A stretch of 13,040 bases of DNA from Zygophlyctis sp. KS116. Its lineage: Eukaryota; Fungi; Chytridiomycota. Location: positions 1 to 13,040 of the forward strand of contig BAAFSQ010000281.1 of the NCBI GenBank assembly GCA_054661495.1, given 5' to 3'. A program made the position numbers and the translations under genes. The notes beneath the pieces were generated by a model. The model did no database searches. It was given only the letters and a program-made list of their open reading frames with translations, and was not told the DNA's origin. Positions 1 to 7,446 of the stretch are shown here, piece after piece (position 1 is the stretch's first letter; each line of letters opens with the position of its first letter).

Positions 1-107
1 TCTCGGACAGCACCCTTGCTGTCATGGGATGGCATCGGACCTGCATAGTAGAGCATTCCATGAGCATTAGCATAACCAATAATTCCTAAGAGAAGTAGTT
101 CGAACAT
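1..107 (-). CDS. 5' part of a secreted protein with His immediately after the signal peptide; probable lytic polysaccharide monooxygenase (LPMO)-like protein, runs off the window
   Basis: ATG at 107 (aaaATG context) reads MFELLLLGIIGYANA|HGMLYYAGPMPSHDSKGAVR: hydrophobic signal peptide, A-x-A cleavage site, then HG. Not in the ORF track. Only 35 codons visible. Confidence 0.6.
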   Translation of the reverse strand, partial: MFELLLLGIIGYANAHGMLYYAGPMPSHDSKGAVR

Positions 108-205
108 TTTATTTTTATCCCAACATGCCGTCAATTAAGTGTGCCTTTCGTGCCGCTTCGGATAATGGCGCCAACTCAATATAATAATCGTGCGATTAAT
201 CTCTT

Positions 206-1341
206 TTATTTCTGTTCGGGAATAGAAATGTGATTGAACCGTTCCAAATAGTGCAATACTTCGAATACAATCTCCACTCCGATTAATATAATAATAAACC
301 ACTCAAGTTTAAGTGAATGCTGATCATGCAGATGGCTTCTTAAAACCTCTGCAATTTGGTTAGCATAATCCAGTTTTTTGTTAAATATCGTAATTCTTGG
401 TTTCACATCAAGATTTTTAGAGATTGCATCAAAGTAATCTTCCATTTTGCTGTTTGACCAACAAAAGTCTGGTGCATCCAATAATTCGCAGTGTAAATTG
501 GCTTGAGCTCTCAAAGAAAATAACTCCCCCAAATTCCGTAGCACAGCCTCCTGTCCTAGAGGCAACTTTTTTCCAGATAGTAAAATCTGAGGAATATGTC
601 TATTTTTAAGGATATGTTTGTCAAGTAGTCCTTCTAGTACACTAAGCTTAACTGACCTAGCTAATCCCGAAGAAAATGATAACTTTGCCTGTTCGACGGG
701 AAGATCCGAGCCAACGACGATAGAATCAAATGCAATACCTCCATCTCTAAAAATTTAACATTTCTAAACTTACTGAGTAAAATCCTGATAGTAATCAAAT
801 TGTTCAGTCTGACTACTTTCGTATGGATCAATCTCTACTTTTTTGATTAAGTTTAATATCTCATTATCCTGTTCCTCTGTTGCACCCCAAGTAACGAGTG
901 TTCCATCGTTAAATACAAAAGCTTCTGCCGGAACTTCCCTGTCCTTTGCATCTGGCCATTGCAAATGCACCACACTATCAACTAATTCTGGCATAATAAT
1001 GTATTTATCCTTTGAAAGGGCAATCAATTGCACTAAATCATAGCTATCCGCAGTACAAAAGCCGATCGCTTTGAGAGTCTATATTTAAAAACAGTAAGAA
1101 ATACCAGAGGAGATGGAGCAGACATTGGAGCTGATGCACTATTGAGATTATCTCCCAATATATCTCTAATGCCCTTCTTCTTCTTTGGCCAATGCAACTC
1201 ATTCCGACCTCCTTTTCTATTATTGTTTGAGATCCGATAATGATTAAAGTTGAATGCAGGCTGACTCATAAATCTACTATACATTCCTCTCTGTATGAGT
1301 TTAACTGGAAAAGATTGCAATACTGATCTCAATCTTAACAT
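206..1341 (-). CDS. RMND1: RMD1/RMND1 family (DUF155) protein, probably mitochondrial; 3 exons, ~360 aa
   Basis: Exons 1341-1105, 1078-774, 746-206; introns 1079-1104 (26 nt) and 747-773 (27 nt). Motifs FCTADSYDL, FVFNDGTLVTWG, LSFSSGLARSVKL, HSLKLEWFIIILIGVEI. Arg/Lys-rich N-terminus resembles a mitochondrial presequence. Confidence 0.88.
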
Positions 1342-1363
1342 TTTTTTAAAGAGTAAAATTAAT

Positions 1364-2178
1364 TCACTTATCCACAGCCATGTTATTACTAGACTTTTCC
1401 TTTTCAACCTTTAAAAGATTATCAATTTCTTCATCAGAGTATGGATGATAATAAGGCAAACCATCTACAAGAGACAATGTAGCAAATTCCACTAATTATT
1501 ACTTGTATAAAAATTACATTTATCACTAGATAAGCTAGTAGACTCCATTGTTTTGTTTAAGACTTTGATTGCCAGACTTTTAGCCTCTTCCAATGTCAAT
1601 TCCTTGTCATTTTCTAAATCTTGCTTCATAATAGTAGAAGCATTTGAAGAATTTGAACCAATACATGTAGCCTTCCATCCAGCATAATTTCCTGATGGAT
1701 CAGAATGATATAATTGGAATCCATGAATTTTATCATGTCCAGCATACAAAAAGGAAACACCAAAAGGACGAAGACCTAAAATTTACATGAATAAAAGACT
1801 TATACCTCCATATTGAGTATACCCTTGCTTCAAATTACACAAATCTTGTACCAATTGTTCAACAGGAATAGGTTCATTATACTTGTAAAGATATTTCTGA
1901 GCATGCATACGTGCATAATCAATTAAATTGTTTGCATCTGAAGTGATACCAGCTACTGCACAACAAATACCAGTGTCTATAGAATATACTTTTTCTCTAG
2001 AAATACTTTCCAAGAGTTTTGATGTTGTCTTCTTCTCCGCGGCCAAAACGATTCCTTCCTTTGATAAGATTCCTAGAGCGGTCCCTGCATGAGAAATAGC
2101 TTCCATTGCGTACTCTACCTGATAGAGTCGGCCCTCTGGAGAGAAGATGGTGGTTCTAGAATCATATCTGCGAGACAT
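1364..2178 (-). CDS. PRE9: 20S proteasome subunit alpha-3 (PSMA4/Pre9); 3 exons, ~252 aa
   Basis: [33 protein letters not shown]-terminus. Introns 1776-1805 (30 nt, restores [16 protein letters not shown]) and 1492-1517 (26 nt, restores DKLEFATL). TGA at 1364-1366. Confidence 0.97.
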
Positions 2179-2314
2179 TTTAGAAAAAACTTTACTCCGC
2201 TACCAACAAACTTTGACTTTAAAATGTATATAAAGTCGATTTAATTCACTTATAAGAATTCTGTCAGACTAGGAAACTGGGCGCTCACTGCTAAAATTAT
2301 AGTTTATTTTTAAA

Positions 2315-3790
2315 ATGAGAGTTGCAATTGCTCTATTCCGAAACGATCTTCGTTTGCATGATAATCCAATGCTTAATTCAGCAATTAAATCTGGATGCTC
2401 GCATCTCTTACCCCTTTTTGTCTATGATGATCAATTCTATTCAGAAAATGCAAAAACTTGGAATTTCAAATTTCCTAGACTGCAAACTCATAAAAAGACT
2501 TTTCTTTTAGAAGCATTGAGTGATTTAAAGTCAAGTTTACAGAAACTGGGATCAAATCTGCTGGTTTTAGAAGGAGATCCTCTAAAAGTTTTAAATTCCT
2601 TAATTTCTAAAGAATGGAAAGCAGAGATATTTTTGTCAAGAGAATTTACTTTTGAAGAGCAAGAATTAGAAGAAAAGTTGAAAAATAATTTCAAGGTTCA
2701 TTTAATAGACTCTGCGGCTACGATTGTTAATCCTAAAGATTGGATTGATTCTCTTCCAGATGTTTATACAGAATTTAGAATCATGGTAGAAAAGAAAAAG
2801 AAAAATGGTCAATTAATTGTTAATAATTGGAATAGATTAGGACAGAATATTCCTACTTTACCAAATAATTTTCTCTTTTCAGATAAAGACTGGGAAAAAT
2901 TATTAGAAAAAAAGGCTGGTGAAAAGGATTTACGGTCTGTTTTTCCTTTTAGTGGAGGGGAAACTAGTGTATTGGAAAGATTGAAAAATTATATAGAATA
3001 TGGGGGATTAAGAACTTATAAACAGACACGTAATGGGCTCATGGGTACGGAATATAGTACAAAGTTTAGTCCATGGCTAGCGATTGGCTGTATTTCTCCA
3101 AAAAGAATAATTGCTGAAATTGAAAAATGTGATTCTAGTTTTGATGAAGGATCTTATTGGGTTTGGTTTGAGTTGCTATGGAGAGATTATTTTAAGCTTA
3201 TATCTTTAAAGTACAAGAACAAAATATTTCAAGAAACTGGGCTATTGCCTTTTAATAGATTTTCAGAAATTCAATGGCTTCCAGATCCGGCTGGTTTGAA
3301 ATTTCAGGCTTGGTGTAAAGGAGAAACTGGGATTCCTTTTGTGGATGCAAATATGAGAGAGCTAATGGCGACTGGGTTCATGAGTAATCGTGGAAGACAG
3401 AATGTAGCTTCTTTTTTGGTTAAAGATTTGCAGATAGATTGGAGAAAAGGTGCAGAATGGTTTGAATCACTTCTTATAGATCATGATCCAAGCGCAAATT
3501 ATGGAAATTGGCTTTATGTTGCGGGTCTTGGAAATGATCCACGATCCGCTCGATATTTTAATATGATCAAACAAGCTAAAGACTACGATCCCAATTGTAA
3601 ATATGTTTTAGCATGGTGTCCAGAATTGGTTAAAGCAGTTCAGAATCCTTTAATGTATCATACTCCTTGGAAGGAGCCCAAGAATACCTATTTTCGCCCT
3701 ATTGTATTAGGAAAAGGATGGGATAAGCATGTACATCGTAAAGAAGATGGTAAAACTAAAGGGAATAAAAGAGAGAAGGTCAAAAAATGA
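2315..3790 (+). CDS. Cryptochrome DASH (photolyase/cryptochrome family), 491 aa, apparently intronless
   Basis: FRNDLRLHDN, F.GGET, Y..TRNGL.G..YSTKFSPWLA.GCISP, FELLWRDYF, ANMREL..TGFMSNRGRQNVASFL, G.GNDPR..R.FN.IKQAKDYDP are DASH-type signatures. Confidence 0.95.
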   Translation: MRVAIALFRNDLRLHDNPMLNSAIKSGCSHLLPLFVYDDQFYSENAKTWNFKFPRLQTHKKTFLLEALSDLKSSLQKLGSNLLVLEGDPLKVLNSLISKEWKAEIFLSREFTFEEQELEEKLKNNFKVHLIDSAATIVNPKDWIDSLPDVYTEFRIMVEKKKKNGQLIVNNWNRLGQNIPTLPNNFLFSDKDWEKLLEKKAGEKDLRSVFPFSGGETSVLERLKNYIEYGGLRTYKQTRNGLMGTEYSTKFSPWLAIGCISPKRIIAEIEKCDSSFDEGSYWVWFELLWRDYFKLISLKYKNKIFQETGLLPFNRFSEIQWLPDPAGLKFQAWCKGETGIPFVDANMRELMATGFMSNRGRQNVASFLVKDLQIDWRKGAEWFESLLIDHDPSANYGNWLYVAGLGNDPRSARYFNMIKQAKDYDPNCKYVLAWCPELVKAVQNPLMYHTPWKEPKNTYFRPIVLGKGWDKHVHRKEDGKTKGNKREKVKK

Positions 3791-4021
3791 TTTTCATTCA
3801 TATATATATTTTATTCAACATGAGTCCATGTTCTCCATCATCCGATCACTCGTATCTATAGTCAACAAATTAAATTGCATGAATGTCGTGTTTTTAATTT
3901 ACAGATGATTTATATTTTTAAAATATTTGATATACTTAATAATTCGCTTTAAGCAAATAAGAGGCATTTATTTATCATAGTTACAAAAATATAACTTGAA
4001 AAAAATTCTATTTCTCGTCTC

Positions 4022-4093
4022 GGAGACATAGCTCAGTGGTAGAGCGGCAGACTGCAAATCTGTCGGTCGCCGGATCAACCCCGGCTGTCTCCT
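4022..4093 (+). tRNA. tRNA-Cys (GCA), intronless, copy 1
   Basis: Cloverleaf: acceptor GGAGACA/TGTCTCC, D arm GCTC/GAGC, anticodon stem GCAGA/TCTGT with loop CT-GCA-AA (GCA at 4054-4056), T stem GCCGG/CCGGC, discriminator T typical of Cys. Confidence 0.95.
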
Positions 4094-4100
4094 TTTTTTT
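4093..4100 (+). terminator. RNA polymerase III oligo-T terminator of tRNA-Cys copy 1
   Basis: Run of 8 T starting at the discriminator base. Confidence 0.8.
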
Positions 4101-4616
4101 CTCGTCCGTTAGTCGAGGCATCGCCCATTGTTTTATTTTTTCTCAAATATATCATTTACTAACGCAATGACCGAAGTTTGAAGAATCTTGTTCTGAAGAT
4201 GAAAATTATCTTTTTGATTAAGTTGGCTTTCTGTATCCGTTGAAGGAAATAACAGTAGAAGTGTCTAAACGTTGGGCATCTGCTATCCATCTCCTTGTAT
4301 CACGAATGTTCTGCCGTTGTACCGATTCGTGCGTCATTCGCTCCTTCATATCAGTTCGTGATGCAGTGAGTTGATTATATTTACCTCTCTAGGAGATGAG
4401 CTTAAAATTTTGGACATAAATAGTAAATATTCTTTCAGTCGTTGACTAGATTTGTAAACTGAGATAACTCAAGTATCTTAATAATAAATATTTGTATGTA
4501 TTTTAACTAAGTGAGAGAAATCTTCATAACTACAGGACGATCCATGCAAAATTTACATGGCAATAATCTACTTTTCAAGGTTTTATACGTGATATCACGT
4601 CCTTTAAATTTTCATC

Positions 4617-4688
4617 GGAGACATAGCTCAGTGGTAGAGCGGCAGACTGCAAATCTGTCGGTCGCCGGATCAACCCCGGCTGTCTCCT
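4617..4688 (+). tRNA. tRNA-Cys (GCA), intronless, copy 2 (identical to copy 1)
   Basis: 72/72 nt identical to 4022-4093; anticodon at 4649-4651. Confidence 0.95.
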
Positions 4689-4695
4689 TTGATGC

Positions 4696-4701
4696 TTTTT
4701 T
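4696..4701 (+). terminator. RNA polymerase III oligo-T terminator of tRNA-Cys copy 2
   Basis: T6 run 7 nt downstream of the tRNA. Confidence 0.7.
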
Positions 4702-4802
4702 AGAATCTGTAGAGATTTCTACGCGCTTTCGATTGATAACCGATTAATGTTTTGGAATAATCTCAAAAGATAGATTTATAATTTTTGCCATCAACGTATA
4801 TT

Positions 4803-5540
4803 TTAATCTCTACTACGATTGTCCAATAATTGTAAAATGCTGATAAAAAGATTTACAACATCCAAGTATAACTCAACACTTGCTACTATATACTCTTCCG
4901 GAGATAATCTTGCCATAATATCCTGAGTATCAACAATAATAAAACCACAAAATAATAGAGCACTTAATCCTACAATAAGACTATTTGTGAATGAAGATGG
5001 AGGAAACCAAATAGAAAGAAAAGAATAGAGAATAAGTCCCCATAATCCAGCAAACAAGTATGTTCTATATCCAGAAAAATCAATTCTACTTTGAAATGTA
5101 AAGAGTGTCAGACCCACAAATATTCCAAATGTTAAAAGCAATGCCTGCAAGACAACTTCTGGATCGTAAAAGCATGATGTAGTAGCTACTGTATGCCCTT
5201 GTAGAATTGTAAAAATAGAGATCAAGATGTAATTTTTGGGTGTTTCTCTTCTATAGTAAATCAAGGCAAACAAGGTAATAAAAGTGAAAATCACTGCACT
5301 GAAAAATAGAGTTGGATTCAATACAATATTTTTTGCATAATCCGAGTAAGCGTAAAAAACAGTCAAACCAGCCGTGAAACCCAATTGTAGAGAAAGAATA
5401 CTATAAACTTTGCGAATAAAAGCCATTCTGATACTTAAAATAGCTTCAGAAACTGATACCCCATATTTGAAATCATCAGCTAAATCCTGATCATAATTTT
5501 CATGGGATGGAACTTGAGAATAAGAGGGTAAACTGGACAT
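4803..5540 (-). CDS. BXI1: Bax inhibitor-1/TMBIM family membrane protein (BXI1/TMBIM4-like), ~245 aa, intronless
   Basis: DDFKYGVSV...IRMAFIRKVYSILSLQL, TLFTFQS..DF, DTQ.IM.RLSPEEYI.ASVELYLD..NLF motifs. Start re-assigned to ATG 5540 (MSSLPSY) because the ORF-track extension to 5807 is antisense to NIPSNAP. Confidence 0.92.
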   Translation of the reverse strand: MSSLPSYSQVPSHENYDQDLADDFKYGVSVSEAILSIRMAFIRKVYSILSLQLGFTAGLTVFYAYSDYAKNIVLNPTLFFSAVIFTFITLFALIYYRRETPKNYILISIFTILQGHTVATTSCFYDPEVVLQALLLTFGIFVGLTLFTFQSRIDFSGYRTYLFAGLWGLILYSFLSIWFPPSSFTNSLIVGLSALLFCGFIIVDTQDIMARLSPEEYIVASVELYLDVVNLFISILQLLDNRSRD

Positions 5541-5595
5541 GTAAAAAGTCTGTGCAAGAAAACGCGCTAATTTGTGAACCAAACGCGCAAACAAA
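5541..5595. promoter_or_regulatory. 55-bp divergent intergenic region between BXI1 and NIPSNAP (putative bidirectional promoter) with two AAACGCGC motifs
   Basis: Start codons at 5540 (-) and 5596 (+); AAACGCGC at 5560-5567 and 5581-5588. Confidence 0.5.
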
Positions 5596-6596
5596 ATGCA
5601 GAAACGACTTTTTGGTAAGATATTCAATAACCAACTGCTAGTTACTGAATCTGGTAAAGGATTTATAAAGTCAATATTGCACGGGGATTCAACAACTTTA
5701 ATGTCGGACGCAGGAGTCAAAATGGCGCACTCAAAGCTTTTAGCCAGGGGGAAATATGTGCATGAATTAGCAAGTAACTTTAAAATATTTAAATGCATAT
5801 AGCTCATAAAGTGAAACCAGGGGCTATGTCGGACTATTTGTGTCTATTGTATTTTATCATTATTAATCTAGAGAAAAGATCAATATCCTAGAATTGCTGC
5901 AGATCCTAAATTTCAAGCTCGGCTATTTGGATCATGGACGACAGAGATTGGGGAACTTGATCAGGCTGGTATGATGATTGTAGACTTATAGAAAGTTCAT
6001 ATTTGGGAATATGAAAATTATTCTAGTTATTCTGCAACACATGATTTGTTGGCTAGAGATGAGGAATATCAGAAATTTCAAAAGAAGCTGGCTCCAATGT
6101 TGAGATCTCGTGAAAATCAAATTGTCTTGGAATTTTCGTTTCTTGAAGCAGCCCAGCAAGTCAAAGATTCAAAAGGAATCTATGAACTTCGAAGTTATGT
6201 TTTAAAGGTAAATTTAAGATTTTTAAGGATGTAGCCAGGTCAATTATTGAGTTGGGAAGCTGAATGGTAATTTTTAGATTTGAATTTTGTAGGAAAAAAG
6301 GGATAGAAGCTCGAAAAGAGTTTGTTAAGCCTATTGGAGCTTGGTTTTCACAATTAGGAACTCTGAATAATGTTCATCATATGTGGAAATATCCGTAAAT
6401 GTTATTTAGTCTAATTACCAGTGATCTACAGTCGCGGAAAGAAATGCGTGAATTAGCATGGGAGGTAGATCAGTGGTCGTCTGCTGTTTCAAAAACAGGT
6501 ATGTTTTCTCTCTAGAAAATCTCATATAAAGTACGTCTTATAGATTCAATGAAGGCAAGAATATTACGTCCTACATCATTTTCACCAATATATTAA
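5596..6596 (+). CDS. NIPSNAP: NIPSNAP family protein; 8-9 exons, ~259 aa
   Basis: Introns 5615-5641 (putative, in frame), 5774-5802, 5849-5873, 5969-5995, 6208-6234, 6267-6292, 6395-6421, 6499-6531. Spliced product contains HSKLLARGKYVHE..HKVKP, GSWTTEIGELDQAVHIWEY, GIYELRSYVLKPG.L..WE..W, GAWFSQLGTLNNVHHMWKYPDL..RK..RE.AW, KTVRLIDSMKARIL.P..FSP. Confidence 0.92.
5849..5873 (+). other. 25-nt spliceosomal intron with rare GAG acceptor
   Basis: GTATTTTATCATTATTAATCTAGAG. Only the GAG, not the TAG 2 nt upstream, keeps NIPSNAP in frame (YLCLLKDQYPRI). Confidence 0.75.
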
Positions 6597-7371
6597 CCCA
6601 AAATTCCTTTATAATTTGTATCTAGCTTTTGATCAGTCCCTTTTAAAAGTAAAAGAACCTCCTCTGCCGTTTTCCTAAAAAGTTCTGGTAAAACCTTTTC
6701 ACCATTAAAAACGTATTCTACAACATCTTCATTTTCATCCTGAAATTCTTCAAGCTCTACAACTACTTTTCCATCTGATTGTTTTTTAGGTCCCTGTATT
6801 ATCTTGTACGACCTACAAATTCTATCTTCTCCATATGGTGGCCCTAAAATATCAACTATAACAGCGTAATCGGAAACGCATTCAAAAGAATGCATCGACG
6901 GACCCGAATTTCTAGATATTGTCATTAATGACTCTGAAGATTTTGAATTAATAGTTTGATGACTAATGATCGCTGCAAGATTAGACATTGATTGCTGTGA
7001 ATCTAAAGTATTTAACCATTGATAAGTTTGGATTTTTAATGCTCCCTTGATTAAAGTGCTATTTCAATTAAATATTTCTAAATTACCTCAAAACTGTCAT
7101 TCCCGGATGATCATGAAGAGGAATTGTCCTTCCCTTCTTTAATACTATAATATTCATGTGAAAGTGATTTGTTTCATAAATAGAATAATATTCCATAGCG
7201 GCCTTGGGTTCCTTTTCTTAATACAACTTAAAGTACCTGAACGCCAAGGCTGTCTGTTGTTAATTTTGATAAACAAAATCTTAGAGCATCCAGTGCCTTA
7301 TCTTCAAAGTGTTTGAAGTAATGGTCAGAGAGTGATGCTAGAGTATGGACCAGATTTGACGATCTCTGCAT
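6593..7371 (-). CDS. ADO: 2-aminoethanethiol (cysteamine) dioxygenase / plant cysteine oxidase-like thiol dioxygenase; 3 exons, ~241 aa
   Basis: Introns 7212-7236 (25 nt) and 7059-7086 (28 nt). Motifs IPLHDHPGMTVLS.L..G.L.I.TY.W, MHSF (third His) and DILGPPY...R.C..Y match the PCO_ADO cupin family. Confidence 0.85.
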
Positions 7372-7446
7372 ACAAAAAAAGCAAGGGCTCATGTAAAAAT
7401 TTACATTTCAAGACTTTTATTATCAGTCTTCTTAATGGATGCATCA

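Noticed and set aside
424-1043. Short ORFs 424-609 and 843-1043 (also 2322-2510, 2488-2694, 11092-11346, 11821-12024)
   Set aside because: Shadow ORFs antisense or out of frame to well-supported genes.
1342-1407. ORF-track start of the RMND1 first exon at 1407
   Set aside because: It is a TTG lying inside the PRE9 last exon; ATG 1341 in aaaATG context gives a presequence-like N-terminus.
2197-2204. GGTAGCGG upstream of PRE9 as an Rpn4/PACE element
   Set aside because: Poor match to GGTGGCAAA, and a single instance is not enough.
2315-3790. Intronless Cry-DASH as a bacterial horizontal transfer
   Set aside because: Cry-DASH is widespread in fungi, composition looks like its neighbours, and BXI1 is also intronless. 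A phylogeny would be needed and nothing here demands it.
3818-3870. Small hairpin AACATG-AGTC-CATGTT and short ORFs downstream of Cry-DASH as snoRNA, SECIS or peptide
   Set aside because: No complete box C/D pair or SECIS core is identifiable, and the ORFs are only 13-21 codons.
4511-4747. 78-aa ORF on the plus strand
   Set aside because: GTG start, runs through tRNA-Cys copy 2, no recognisable protein features.
5541-5807. 89-aa N-terminal extension of the Bax inhibitor ORF
   Set aside because: It is the antisense of the NIPSNAP 5' exons; family similarity begins after Met at 5540.
7391-7406. Inverted repeat ATGTAAA-AA-TTTACAT and recurring AAAATTTACAT (also near 1778 and 4547)
   Set aside because: AT-rich and found in unrelated contexts including an intron; consistent with chance.
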